In this document: positions 33,824 through 45,348 of the stretch, in pieces
Layout of the letters: each line of letters starts with the position of its first letter
How positions within the stretch are numbered: the first letter of the stretch is position 1
Assembly: GCA_021827405.1 (NCBI GenBank)
Contig: JAKAVY010000002.1
Coordinates: 12,464 to 76,463, forward strand
Reading direction: 5' to 3'
DNA: 64,000 nucleotides
From: Thermoplasmata archaeon
Lineage (GTDB): Archaea > Thermoplasmatota > Thermoplasmata > Lutacidiplasmatales > UBA184
The notes under the pieces: generated by a model
What the model was told of the DNA's origin: nothing
The model's input: only the letters and a program-made list of their open reading frames with translations
The model's database searches: none
Position numbers and translations under genes: made by a program

Positions 33824-34858
33824 TTGGAGGTCGTCACCACCTGGTTCGGGGTCTTCCTGGTCCAGGAAGGGCGGATCCTCTCCGAGAAGCTCTTTCCCCG
33901 GGACCCTGAGGGGATCAAGGCCCGCTGGCGGCTCCGACGGGCCGGGGGCCTGGCCCCGGAGGAGCGGGAGCTCCTCTCGGAGCTCCCTCCGGAAGCGAAA
34001 GGCCATCTCACGTCCCGGGACCGCCGGCTCGCGGCCTGGGGAGCGGAGCCGGCCTTCGGTCCGCTCCCTCCGCTGGACGCGCTCCGCAAAGGTTTCCCGC
34101 CGGAGCTCCAACGACGCGTGACCCTGGAGATGGCGGAAGAGACCCTCCGGGAGGCCTGGGACCCCTCCGCCCATGTGGAGGAGGCGGTCCGGGCCATGAC
34201 CGACCTGGACGAGACCTCGAACCTACTGGGGGAACGCCTGGCCAACTGGCGCGCCCGGGAAGCCCCGGGCCTGCCGCTCTCCGATCTCTCCCCCGCCCTC
34301 AGCGCCTCCCACTTCGAGGCCGACCCTGGCGAGGGGCCCACCGCCCCTCCTCCTTCCGTGGCCGAGGCCCGTCGGGCCCTGGCCCGCACGTGGCGACAAG
34401 CCCAGCAGGCTCGCAGCGCCCTCGAGCAGGCCTTGCAGCAGGCCATGCCGGAACGCTACCCTAACCTCTGCGCGCTCCTGGGACCGCTTTTGACGGCCCG
34501 GCTCATCGCCCAGGCCGGTGGCCTCGACCGCCTCGCCCGGATGCCCGCCGGCACGGTGCAGGTCCTCGGCGCCGAGCGCGCCTTCTTCGAACACCTGCGG
34601 GGGCACGGCCCCTCCCCCCGACATGGCCTGCTCTTCCTGCACCCGCAGATCCACACGGCAAGCCAGGTGCGACGGGGAAGGCTCGCCCGGGCCCTGGCAG
34701 GCAAGGTGGCCATCGCGGCCCGGCTGGACGCCCAGGGTAGCCCCCTCAACCCGACGCTGCTGCGAGCCTTCGAGGCCCGGGCCCAGGAGGTCCTGCGTAG
34801 CCCCCCTCGGAGACCCGACCGGGCGGCTCGCCGGCCCGCCCCCTCCGACGGGGATTGA
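33824..34858 (+). CDS. nop5: Nop5/Nop56/Nop58 box C/D snoRNP core protein
   Basis: NOP domain LLGPLLTARLIAQAGGLDRLARMPAGTVQVLGAERAFFEHL...PRHGLLFLHPQI...RGRLARALAGKVAIAARLD. Confidence 0.85.
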   Translation: MEVVTTWFGVFLVQEGRILSEKLFPRDPEGIKARWRLRRAGGLAPEERELLSELPPEAKGHLTSRDRRLAAWGAEPAFGPLPPLDALRKGFPPELQRRVTLEMAEETLREAWDPSAHVEEAVRAMTDLDETSNLLGERLANWRAREAPGLPLSDLSPALSASHFEADPGEGPTAPPPSVAEARRALARTWRQAQQARSALEQALQQAMPERYPNLCALLGPLLTARLIAQAGGLDRLARMPAGTVQVLGAERAFFEHLRGHGPSPRHGLLFLHPQIHTASQVRRGRLARALAGKVAIAARLDAQGSPLNPTLLRAFEARAQEVLRSPPRRPDRAARRPAPSDGD

Positions 34859-34898
34859 GTCCTCCGCCAGAACGGGCCCCTCCCGGCGGCCGGGCGGC

Positions 34899-35450
34899 TC
34901 ACTCCCGCCACTTGATACTGCAGCCCAGGACGGAAGTGGTCTCAGGCTCGATAGGTCGGCCGTCCAGGGCGGCCTGGATCGCATGGCGGAGGTACGGATG
35001 ATGGACCTGGGCCGGGTCGTCGTGCCGGTCGTCGACGCGCCCTTGGAAGAGCAGGCGTTGCCGGGCGTCGAACAGGTAGGCGTGCGGGGTCACCAAGGCC
35101 CCGTAGGCCCGAGCCACCTGCTGCGTATCGTCCCTAAGATACGGGAACGGGTAACCCTTCTGCCGGGCGCGCTCGACCATCCGCTCCATCCGATCGTCCG
35201 GGTAGTGTTCGGTCTCGTTCGGATTGATCATCACCGTTGCCATCCCCCGGGGCGCGAACTCCTGGGCCAGGGCGATCAGCCGGCCCTCCCAGGCCTGGGC
35301 ATAGGGGCAATGGTTGCACGAGAAGACCACCAAGAGCAGCGGAGAGGACCGGAGGTCCTCGAGCCGGTGGACCTTCCCGTCGGTCCCCGGCAACGAATAG
35401 GGGGGCGCCGGGTCCCCGATCCGCATCTTCAGGTCGCTGAGCTCGGCCAT
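34899..35450 (-). CDS. Thioredoxin-fold thiol-disulfide oxidoreductase (AhpC/TSA/TlpA-like)
   Basis: CNHCPY (CxxC) in a thioredoxin-like beta-alpha pattern. Start placed at the internal Met. Confidence 0.6.
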   Translation of the reverse strand: MAELSDLKMRIGDPAPPYSLPGTDGKVHRLEDLRSSPLLLVVFSCNHCPYAQAWEGRLIALAQEFAPRGMATVMINPNETEHYPDDRMERMVERARQKGYPFPYLRDDTQQVARAYGALVTPHAYLFDARQRLLFQGRVDDRHDDPAQVHHPYLRHAIQAALDGRPIEPETTSVLGCSIKWRE

Positions 35451-35561
35451 GCCCCCCGGGTGGGGGAATGGCCTCAAGAGGATTGAGGTCCCTTGCGCCC
35501 CCGCCGTGCCCGAAGGGTCCTCCCGCTCCCCCGGGGCCTGGGGCCCGGACAGCCGTCCCTC

Positions 35562-36221
35562 ATGAGGCTCCTCGTCCATCCCCATCCGCAGGACGCCCGG
35601 GAGGTCCTCGCGCAGGACCTTAAACTACTGCGCTCCGGGGAGGAAGCGGTCGCGGTCGGCCAATTCTCCGAGGTGGCCGTGACCCTGGGGGTCTCCCAAC
35701 GGGGCACCTTCCCCGGCCTCCCTCTCGCCCTGGCGAGGGACCTCCCGGTCCTGTCGCGTCCCTCCGGCGGTGTGGGCCTCCTGCATCGGCCGGGGGACGT
35801 CCACTTTGCCCGGGTGATCCCCCGGGACTCTCCCCATTTCCCTCCCCGATTCCCCGATGCCTACACCCTCCTGGGAGCGGGAGTGGTCTCCTGGCTGAGG
35901 GGTCAAGGGCTTCAGACGCGGTGGGACCCGGCCCCGGGGAGCTATCCCGGCTACTGCCTGACGTCGGCCCGGGGCAAGGTCCTCACCGCGGCGGGGCGCG
36001 TCCTTGGCGGGGCCAGTCAGTACGTCACCCACCATGCCCTCCTCCACCACGGTGTGATCGCAACTTCCCTGGACCCCCCCCTCCTCGAGAGCCTCTTCGG
36101 CCTGCCCCGGGACCTGGCGGACCGCCAGCTCACGAGCCTCGAGCGGGAAGGCCTCCGGAGGCCCGGGACGGAAGCCCTGGAAGAGCTGGCCCGAGAGATC
36201 TCCCTCACGACCGGCCCCTGA
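35562..36221 (+). CDS. Lipoate-protein ligase catalytic domain (LplA-N type, stand-alone)
   Basis: ARGKVLTAAGRVLGGASQYVTHHALLHHGV matches LplA RKISGSAQ...HHGTLL around the catalytic Lys. The roughly 220-aa size suggests a split ligase as in Thermoplasma. Confidence 0.55.
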   Translation: MRLLVHPHPQDAREVLAQDLKLLRSGEEAVAVGQFSEVAVTLGVSQRGTFPGLPLALARDLPVLSRPSGGVGLLHRPGDVHFARVIPRDSPHFPPRFPDAYTLLGAGVVSWLRGQGLQTRWDPAPGSYPGYCLTSARGKVLTAAGRVLGGASQYVTHHALLHHGVIATSLDPPLLESLFGLPRDLADRQLTSLEREGLRRPGTEALEELAREISLTTGP

Positions 36222-36295
36222 TCCCGCTCGGGGCGGACCCCTTCCCCAGGGCCCGGCCCCCGTGCCTCCGTTGGGCCCCCGTCCGCCTCAAGCCC

Positions 36296-37612
36296 CTAGG
36301 GGCCGCCCTGGAGCATCAGGGACCGGGACGCGGCCTCGATCTCCCCCTGGACCTTCGCCCAGGGAAGCCGGACCAGCGCGCGGTCCCGGACCACCGCCTC
36401 CCCGTCCACGAACACCGTGTGGACCGCTCCCTCCGGCGCCCCGTAGACCAGGGAAGAGACCGCCTGGTCCAGACGGGTCGTCGCCAGGCTGGGGTGGGAG
36501 AGGTCGTAGAGCACCAGGTCCGCGCGGAAGCCGGGCGCCAGTTGCCCCAACTCATTCTCCCGGCCCAGGGCCCGGGCCCCCTCCCGGGTCGCCAGGTCCA
36601 GGGTCTCCTGGGCCGGGAGGACCGTGGGGTCATGCCGCGCGTGCTTCTGCAGAAGCGTCGCCAGATGCATCTCCCGCAGCAAGGAGAGGCCGTTGTTGGT
36701 GGTGGAGGAATCGGTCCCCAGGGCCACGGGGGAACCGGCGGCCCTGAGCTCGGGGACCGGACAGACCCCTCCCCCTCCCGAGGCCAGCTTGGTGTTCGAC
36801 CCGGGGCAGTGCGCGATGGCAACCTTCGATTCCCCGAGCGCCCGTATCTCCTCGGTAGTGAGCCAGACCCCGTGGGCGGCCACCTGGCGGGGCCCCAGGA
36901 GCCCCTTTTCGCGTAGCCAGAGCGCCGGGCGCAGCCCGGTGCGCTTCTCGTGCTCCACCACCTCGCCGCGGGTCTCCGAGAGATGATAATGGAGGAGGGT
37001 GCCCTCCCGAAGGGCGAGCTCCCGGGCCTTTCGCCAGGTCTCCTCCCCGCAGACGTAGACGCCCTGCGGCGCCACCAGAGGGCTGACCCAGCGATGTGCC
37101 TTCCAACGACCGAGGAAGCCCCGTGCGTTCTCCACCGGTACCCCCTTCTGCGTGGTCTTGTCCGGGTCCAGGACCGCCCAGCCGAGGAATCCCCGGATCC
37201 CCAGGCGGTCACAGGCCCGGGCCACGGCGTCCTGTCCATAATAGAGGTCCAGGAAGCTGGTGGTCCCGGAGAGGAGCATCTCGGCCCCTCCCAGGAGCGC
37301 CCCTAGCTCGATGTCCTTCTCGTCCCGGCGGGCATCCACCGCGAACATGCGCTCCAGGAAACGGGGGAAGTCCAGGTCGTCGGCGAGGCCGCGGAGGAGC
37401 GCGTTGGCCACATGGGTGTGGGCATTGATGAGACCGGGGGCCAGCAGGAACCCCCGGGCATCCACCTCCTCGTCGGCCCCCTCCCGCAAGCGGGGTCCCA
37501 CCGCCTCCACGCGGGGGCCCCGCAGGAGGAGGTCGCCTCTCAAAACGCGACGTCCCTCGTCCTGGGTGACGAGGAGCGCCTGGCGGAAGGCGACCGTACG
37601 TTCCTGGGCCAT
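36296..37612 (-). CDS. Amidohydrolase (MtaD-like 5-methylthioadenosine/S-adenosylhomocysteine deaminase, or related TRZ/ATZ family)
   Basis: LINAHTHV metal-binding HxH, HLSE, and ALGTDS motifs of the cytosine/guanine/MTA deaminase superfamily. Confidence 0.75.
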   Translation of the reverse strand: MAQERTVAFRQALLVTQDEGRRVLRGDLLLRGPRVEAVGPRLREGADEEVDARGFLLAPGLINAHTHVANALLRGLADDLDFPRFLERMFAVDARRDEKDIELGALLGGAEMLLSGTTSFLDLYYGQDAVARACDRLGIRGFLGWAVLDPDKTTQKGVPVENARGFLGRWKAHRWVSPLVAPQGVYVCGEETWRKARELALREGTLLHYHLSETRGEVVEHEKRTGLRPALWLREKGLLGPRQVAAHGVWLTTEEIRALGESKVAIAHCPGSNTKLASGGGGVCPVPELRAAGSPVALGTDSSTTNNGLSLLREMHLATLLQKHARHDPTVLPAQETLDLATREGARALGRENELGQLAPGFRADLVLYDLSHPSLATTRLDQAVSSLVYGAPEGAVHTVFVDGEAVVRDRALVRLPWAKVQGEIEAASRSLMLQGGP

Positions 37613-37685
37613 GGGTCTCCCCAGCCCCTTCGGGGTATGGACCTTTCTCCCGAGGCCGCCCCCCGGAAGGGCCGGACCGGGGAGG

Positions 37686-38123
37686 CTACGGCTTCAGCAG
37701 GATACCGGGCTGGCCCCAGAGCTTCAACCAGACCCGCTGGCCCACGAAGACCGTGGGGGAGAGCGACTCCCAGTACCGCACCTCCCACTTCCGGGCCCAC
37801 AGGACCACCTCCTTCACCGGAGCGTCAGGCCCCTTGGCCGGATGCAGGAAGTCCGAGACCGTCTTCAGGGTCGACCCGACGGATCCCTGGTCCCCGACCG
37901 CGGAGACGAGCAACGGTGCCGGATCCGGTAGCGGGATCGGAGGGTAGTCCGGGAGGGTCACCAGCCCCACCGGCGCCAGAGACCCCTGGCCCCGCTTAAG
38001 GGACTGGACCATGGCCTCGGCCGTCACCGGGGTCCCCCCCACGGAGGGGAAGGAGGCTTCGACCTCCGCGAACTGGCGAGCGAGGGGAAAGTCCTCCCAC
38101 CGGGGGACGACCGGGCTGGTCAT
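37686..38123 (-). CDS. Hypothetical protein
   Basis: 145-aa ORF filling a gap. No motif. Confidence 0.35.
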   Translation of the reverse strand: MTSPVVPRWEDFPLARQFAEVEASFPSVGGTPVTAEAMVQSLKRGQGSLAPVGLVTLPDYPPIPLPDPAPLLVSAVGDQGSVGSTLKTVSDFLHPAKGPDAPVKEVVLWARKWEVRYWESLSPTVFVGQRVWLKLWGQPGILLKP

Positions 38124-38178
38124 ATCAACGGCCGGAACCGTCTGCCCTATTTGGTCGTTCTCGGGCCCCGGGATCCCG

Positions 38179-39231
38179 TCAGCGCGCCCGGCCGGGCAGT
38201 TCGGGCAGCAACAGGTGGCTGTCCCCGAACTCGTGCCAGAGGAGCCCGGACCGCACCGCCACCCGGTAGGCCTCCCGGATCCACGGGGGAGCTCCTAGGG
38301 CGAAGAGCAGGGCGAGGTGGCTGGTGAGCGGGTCGTGCAGACCGGTGAGCAGCCCTTGGACGGCCCGCAGCGGGCCGGGGGGATGCACATAGAGCCGGGT
38401 GAAGCCTTCCCGGGGCTGGACCTGGCCGTCCTCCCAGCTGGACTCCAGGGCCCGGACCACGGTGGTGCCCACCGCCACCACCCGGTGTCCCCGACGCCGG
38501 GTCTCGTTCACCGCCCGGGCGGTGGCTTCCGGGACCCGGAACGGCTCGGGGTACAGCACCTGCGACTCCACCCGGTCCGACTCCACCTCGAGGCTGGAGA
38601 CCCCGCAGTGAAGGACCACCGTGGCGAGACCCACCCCCCGGCACGAGAGCGCGTCCATCACCCGGGGGGTGAACGGGCGGCCCGCGGAAGGCATCTCCAT
38701 GCTCCCCGGGACCCGGCCGAAGAGGGTCTGGTAGGCGGAAAGGGGCCAGGGCCTCCCGACGTAACCGTAACGGATGGGGACGCCCCGCTCCGGGAGCCTC
38801 GGGAAGAGGTCGTCCTCGGTGGAGACGAACCAGAGACGGGGGATCCCGGGGAAGGGCCCCAGGAGCCGGGCCGGGACGCCGGAGACCCGGGCCGGGGACC
38901 CGGGGGCGAACGGCAACGGTCCGGGCGTCTCGAAGGACCTCCGGGGCTCGCCCAGGTAGAGGGTGGGCCCGAACCGGGTGCAGAGGTTCAGCAGGAACGG
39001 GCCTGAGCCCCCCTCGGACGGCAGGCTCGCCGGAAGGGTCGCGCTCTCGTTCACCACGAGGAGGTCGCCGGGCTCGAGGAACCGCGGCAGGTCATGGAAC
39101 CCGGCCACCCGATGGTCCTCCGGCCTCGAGACGAGGAGCCGGACCGCGTCCCGGGAGCCCCGGGAGACCTCGGGGGGCTCTCGGGCCACCCGGTCGGGGG
39201 GGCGGGGGAACCGGAGCTCCTCCCGCCTCAT
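38179..39231 (-). CDS. queA: S-adenosylmethionine:tRNA ribosyltransferase-isomerase homolog
   Basis: Colinear with E. coli QueA: FHDLPRFLEPGDLLVVNESATLPASL, YQTLFGRVPGSMEMPSAG, HRVVAVGTTVVRALES, GLLTGLHDPLTSHLALLFALGA. The ATG at 39231 overlaps the upstream stop (ATGA). Confidence 0.8.
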   Translation of the reverse strand: MRREELRFPRPPDRVAREPPEVSRGSRDAVRLLVSRPEDHRVAGFHDLPRFLEPGDLLVVNESATLPASLPSEGGSGPFLLNLCTRFGPTLYLGEPRRSFETPGPLPFAPGSPARVSGVPARLLGPFPGIPRLWFVSTEDDLFPRLPERGVPIRYGYVGRPWPLSAYQTLFGRVPGSMEMPSAGRPFTPRVMDALSCRGVGLATVVLHCGVSSLEVESDRVESQVLYPEPFRVPEATARAVNETRRRGHRVVAVGTTVVRALESSWEDGQVQPREGFTRLYVHPPGPLRAVQGLLTGLHDPLTSHLALLFALGAPPWIREAYRVAVRSGLLWHEFGDSHLLLPELPGRAR

Positions 39232-39947
39232 GGCCCACGACCCCAGATGTCCGCCTGCGCCCGGAAGCGATGCCCCGTCACCTGGTCCCCCGGCTGGTTC
39301 AGTAGCCAGGCGAAGAACGGCACAGTGACCTCCGGCAGGGGCCGGTCCGAGATGTCCTCGCCGGGAAAGGCCGCCTGGTGCATGGCGGTCCTCAGGTCCC
39401 CCGGGTCCACGTTCACCACCGTGATCCCCTCCTCCCGGAGCTCGTGGGCGAGGGTCTTCCCCACCAGGTCCAACGCCGCTTTGCTCGCTCCGTACCCCCC
39501 CCATCCGGGATATCCTCCCACCGCCGCGTCGCTGGTGACGTTCACCACCCACCCCCGGTTCCGGCGGAGCTGGGGGTAGGCCTCCTGGACGAGCGCCATC
39601 GGGCTCTCCAGATTCGTCCGCAGGACGGAGCGGAACGCCTCCAAGGGGTAGTCCACCAACCGGGGCAGAGGGCTCGGGCCCAGGTCGGAAGCGTTGTTCA
39701 CCAGGAGCCCGAGGCCTCCCCGGCGCTCTGCCGCGGAGACGAGGGCCCGGCGGTGGTCGGGATCGTTCACGTCCCCCGGGAGGGCCAGCACCGGCGCTCC
39801 GAGGGCCTCCAGCGCCTCGGCCCGGGTCTGCAACGCCTCCGCCCCCCGGGCCGTGAGGAGAAGGGACCACCCCTGCCCGGCCAGGAGACCCGCGAGCGTC
39901 GCCCCCAGGCCCCGGCTGGCCCCGGTGACGAGCGCGACCCGGGTCAT
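39228..39947 (-). CDS. SDR-family oxidoreductase
   Basis: VTGASRGLGATLA, NNAS...YGASKAAL. Translationally coupled on both sides (ATGA at 39944-39947 and 39228-39231). Confidence 0.8.
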   Translation of the reverse strand: MTRVALVTGASRGLGATLAGLLAGQGWSLLLTARGAEALQTRAEALEALGAPVLALPGDVNDPDHRRALVSAAERRGGLGLLVNNASDLGPSPLPRLVDYPLEAFRSVLRTNLESPMALVQEAYPQLRRNRGWVVNVTSDAAVGGYPGWGGYGASKAALDLVGKTLAHELREEGITVVNVDPGDLRTAMHQAAFPGEDISDRPLPEVTVPFFAWLLNQPGDQVTGHRFRAQADIWGRGP

Positions 39948-40597
39948 GTCCACCCCCGGGGATGCACCACGAAACGGCAGACCGGGTCCCCGGCCACCAC
40001 CCGGTGCTGCGCTTCCACCCGGGCGCCGAGGAGGTTCTCGAAGAGCTCGCGCTCGACGTCGCAGGCCTCCCCATACTCCCGGGCCAGGGCGAGGATGGGG
40101 CAGTTGTGCTCGACGAACGTCAGAGGGGCCCCCGGGCGGCGCGCCCCAGGCTCCGCCATGTAGCCCATCTCCTCCCGGAGCTGGACCAGGGCGCGGGCCC
40201 GCTCTGGCAGGTCCTTCCCCTCGAACCGGTGCCGTTCGCGCCGGGCCACCTCCCGTGCCCGCTCCCGAAGGAGCTCCACCACCGCTTCCCGGCCCAGGCG
40301 TTGCTGCACGAACCGCAGCGCGCATCCGGCCATTTCGCTGTACGCCTGCGGGAAGAGGGTGGCCGAGGCCACCTTGAGGCGGAAGCGGGCCCGGGGCCGG
40401 CCGCGACCCCCGGTCTCCAGGGTCCGGGAGACCAGGGCCCGCTCCTCCAGACGGTTCAAGTGTCGGAGGGTGGCCACCTTGCTGATGCCCAGGTCCTGGG
40501 CGATCTCCCCCAGGGAGCGGTCCGGCCGCCGCTTGAGGATCTCCAGGATGTCCCGTTGCCGTCGCGGGAAGCCCAGCAGCGCGTCCGGTCCGGTCAT
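39944..40597 (-). CDS. wHTH transcriptional regulator with Cys-containing C-terminal sensor domain
   Basis: ILEILKRRPDRSLGEIAQDLGISKVATLRHLNRLEERALV HTH, with C-terminal HNCPILALAREYGEAC. Confidence 0.55.
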   Translation of the reverse strand: MTGPDALLGFPRRQRDILEILKRRPDRSLGEIAQDLGISKVATLRHLNRLEERALVSRTLETGGRGRPRARFRLKVASATLFPQAYSEMAGCALRFVQQRLGREAVVELLRERAREVARRERHRFEGKDLPERARALVQLREEMGYMAEPGARRPGAPLTFVEHNCPILALAREYGEACDVERELFENLLGARVEAQHRVVAGDPVCRFVVHPRGWT

Positions 40598-40655
40598 CCC
40601 TGTCCCTCGCCGCGGCGAGGGAGGGACCCTTCTTAAACCGTATTGTTAACAAAAG

Positions 40656-41105
40656 TCACGGGGAGGCCCCTTCCTTCGGGCTCTCCCAGGAGACGGTGAC
40701 CGGGGTCCCCCCCCGGACGCTCTGCGTCACCACACAGAAGTCCTCGAAGATCTCCCGGCAATGGGCCAGCCGCGGTGCGTCGGCCGGGTCGGAGAAGACC
40801 GGAGTGATGCGGACGGAGATCCCTCCGATCCTCAACCGTCCCTTCTCGTTCCGCACCAGGGTGGCCTCCGACCGGACCCGGATCTCCTTGAGCGGCACCC
40901 GGGACTTCTGCGCGCAGAGGTACAGGCTGGAGGCCAGGCAGTGCCCCACCGAGGCCGCCAGGAGGCGGGAAGGGTTCGGGCCGGCCCCGCCCCCCAGGGG
41001 GACCGCCTCGTCGAGCACGAGCGCGGGGAACCTCTCGCCGGGGAAGTTCGCCTCGAACCGGTACGCCTCTTGCTGTCGGAGCTCCACCGAGACCTGGTCC
41101 ACCAT
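40656..41105 (-). CDS. OsmC/Ohr-family peroxiredoxin-like protein
   Basis: GAGPNPSRLLAASVGHCLASSLYLCAQ has the two OsmC Cys in conserved context. Confidence 0.7.
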   Translation of the reverse strand: MVDQVSVELRQQEAYRFEANFPGERFPALVLDEAVPLGGGAGPNPSRLLAASVGHCLASSLYLCAQKSRVPLKEIRVRSEATLVRNEKGRLRIGGISVRITPVFSDPADAPRLAHCREIFEDFCVVTQSVRGGTPVTVSWESPKEGASP

Positions 41106-41171
41106 CGCCGATCCCTCCGCCGGAGGATACCGCCTCTCGCCTTTAGGCCTCAGGTCCGCCGGGGACCCCGC

Positions 41172-43088
<1,917 letters not shown>

Positions 43089-43447
43089 TCACTCTCGGGA
43101 AATCGGCCCTAAAGTGACCAGGGACCCCACCGCTTAAGGCTATCCCGCACACCGGAAAGAGGCCTCCTAAGCGCCCCGCCGGGAAGGGGGGCGCAGGAGG
43201 GTCAAAACCGCCTTCCTCCCACCCCAAAATGCCTTATCTTCCGGCGAGAAGGAGGGGGTCTCCCGCGGCCGGAGGAGCAGATGAGGCGAACGTTCTCCCG
43301 ACGGACCCGGGCGTTCGGGGCAAGACCGCGCGGAGGGAGGTCCTCGGCCCGCCCGAGCCCCCCCGGGCATGGGGCCCTCCCTCCCGGGGCCGCCCCGACC
43401 CGGGCCCCGCGCCTTTCCCCGGAGCGAAGGGGAGGGGGCCCCGACCC

Positions 43448-44038
43448 ATGACCCCCGACGAGCGGGAGGGGGGTGCCCCCCAGGCGAAGGGGGGGGAGCC
43501 CTCCGAGGACGCCTCCCCGGAGAGCGAGGACTGGAAGACCCGGTATCAATACCTCCTCGCCGAGTTCGAGAACTACCGGAAGCGGACCCAGCGGGAGATC
43601 AAGGCGGCCGCCTACGCGGCCCGCGCCGAGCTGCTGCTCCGGGTGATCTCCCTCCACGACGGGATCGAGCGGGCCCGTGACCACCTCCCGGCGGAGGCGG
43701 CCGATCTCCGGCGGGGATTGGACCGGGTCCTCGAGAACTTCCGCTCGCTCCTCGACGAGGAGCAGCTGCACACCGTGGCCCGGGTGGGCGATCCCTTCCG
43801 GCCCGAGGACCACGAGGCCGTCGGGAGCGTCCCTCCCACGCCCGAGGCCCCGGCCGGTACCGTGGCCGCGGTCGTCCAGGAAGGGTACCGCGGCCCGAAC
43901 GGGCTGTTGCGCCCGGCGAAGGTCCTGGTCTCCGCCTCCCCCTCGAGCGCGCCTCCGACGCCGGAAGAGGGCGCCCCCGGGGAGGAAGAGAAGGTTCAAG
44001 CCCCGGGGTCATCCCCCCCGGTCGGAGAGGGGAAGTGA
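43448..44038 (+). CDS. grpE: Nucleotide exchange factor GrpE
   Basis: YQYLLAEFENYRKRTQRE signature. Start at the internal ATG of the track ORF. Confidence 0.8.
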   Translation: MTPDEREGGAPQAKGGEPSEDASPESEDWKTRYQYLLAEFENYRKRTQREIKAAAYAARAELLLRVISLHDGIERARDHLPAEAADLRRGLDRVLENFRSLLDEEQLHTVARVGDPFRPEDHEAVGSVPPTPEAPAGTVAAVVQEGYRGPNGLLRPAKVLVSASPSSAPPTPEEGAPGEEEKVQAPGSSPPVGEGK

Positions 44039-45348
44039 GCCCGTCGTCCAGCGAAGTGAAGGGGTTCTACCGACGCAGCGCGGACGAGCGGCGGGAGGTC
44101 CTACGACAAGCCTCCGGGCTGGACCCCGCCGACCTCGCCCCATGGCAACCGGGACCCGGCATCCCCCCCGGCCTCCTGGAGCGGATGATCGAGAACGTGG
44201 TGGGGGCCTTTTCCCTGCCCTTGGGCTTCGCCACCCACTTCCGCGTGAACGGGGTGGACCGGTTCGTCCCCATGGCCCTGGAGGAGCCGAGCGTGGTGGC
44301 CGCGGCGAGCAACGCGGCCCGGATCGCCCGGCTCCGGGGAGGGTTCTCCGCCCAGGTGACCCCCCCGGTGATGATCGGTCAGGTCTCCCTGGTGGGCGTC
44401 CCCGACCCCCACGCGGCCCGGCTGAGGATCCTGGCCGCCCGGGAGGAGCTGCTCAAGCTCGCCAATGAGAAGGACCCGCTGCTAAACCGGGTGGGAGGCG
44501 GGGCCCGGGACCTGGAGGTGCATCTCCGGAGCACGGCCCGCGGCCCCCTGGTCGTCGTCCACCTCCTCGTGGACGTCCGGGACGCCATGGGAGCGAACGC
44601 GGTGAACACCATGGCCGAGGCCTTGGCCGGGGAGCTTGCCCGGCTCTCCGGGGGGCGCGTGAACCTCCGCATCATTTCGAACCTGGCCATCCACCGCCTC
44701 GCCCGGGTCTCGGCGGTCTTTCCCCGGGAGGCGCTGGAAGGGGAGGGGAGGTCGGGAGCGGAGGTGGTGGAGGGGATCCTGGACGCCTTCGAGTTCGCCC
44801 GCAACGACCCCTTCCGTTGCTCCACCCATAACAAGGGCATCATGAACGGCATCTCGGCCGTGGCCATCGCCACCGGGAACGATTTCCGGGCCCTGGAGGC
44901 GGGGGCGCACAGCTACGCGGCGTTCCGGGCCGCCCCGGGGGGCATCCTCTCTCCCCTCAGTACCTACGAGCTCACCCCCCAGGGGGACCTGGAGGGGACG
45001 CTCGAACTTCCCCTGGCCGTGGGGACGATCGGGGGGGCCGCGGCGGTGCACCCGGCGGCGAAGCTCAACTTGAAGGTCCTGGGGGTGAGCGGGGCCCGGG
45101 AGCTCGCCGAGGTCATGGCGGCGGTGGGGCTCGCTCAGAACTTCGCGGCCTTGCGCGCCCTCGCCAACGAGGGGATCCAGAAGGGGCACATGGCCCTCCA
45201 CGCCCGGAACGTAGCGGTGACCGCCGGGGCACGCCCGGAAGAGGTGGACCGGGTGGCCGAGCGCCTGGTCCGGGACCACGCCATCCGTCAGGACCGGGCC
45301 CGGGAGGTCCTGGAGGAGCTTAGACGGGCCGGGCCCGGCTCCCCGTGA
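44035..45348 (+). CDS. hmgA: Hydroxymethylglutaryl-CoA reductase, class II
   Basis: VRDAMGANAVNTMAE (class II DAMGAN motif), HNKGIMNGISAVAIATGND, ALAxEGIQKGHM. GTGA overlap with grpE. Confidence 0.85.
   Translation: MSPSSSEVKGFYRRSADERREVLRQASGLDPADLAPWQPGPGIPPGLLERMIENVVGAFSLPLGFATHFRVNGVDRFVPMALEEPSVVAAASNAARIARLRGGFSAQVTPPVMIGQVSLVGVPDPHAARLRILAAREELLKLANEKDPLLNRVGGGARDLEVHLRSTARGPLVVVHLLVDVRDAMGANAVNTMAEALAGELARLSGGRVNLRIISNLAIHRLARVSAVFPREALEGEGRSGAEVVEGILDAFEFARNDPFRCSTHNKGIMNGISAVAIATGNDFRALEAGAHSYAAFRAAPGGILSPLSTYELTPQGDLEGTLELPLAVGTIGGAAAVHPAAKLNLKVLGVSGARELAEVMAAVGLAQNFAALRALANEGIQKGHMALHARNVAVTAGARPEEVDRVAERLVRDHAIRQDRAREVLEELRRAGPGSP

Noticed and set aside
33824-35450. Expectation of fibrillarin (flpA) downstream of nop5
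   Set aside because: The gene after nop5 is a convergent thioredoxin-fold gene, so the usual nop5-flpA pairing is not present in this window.
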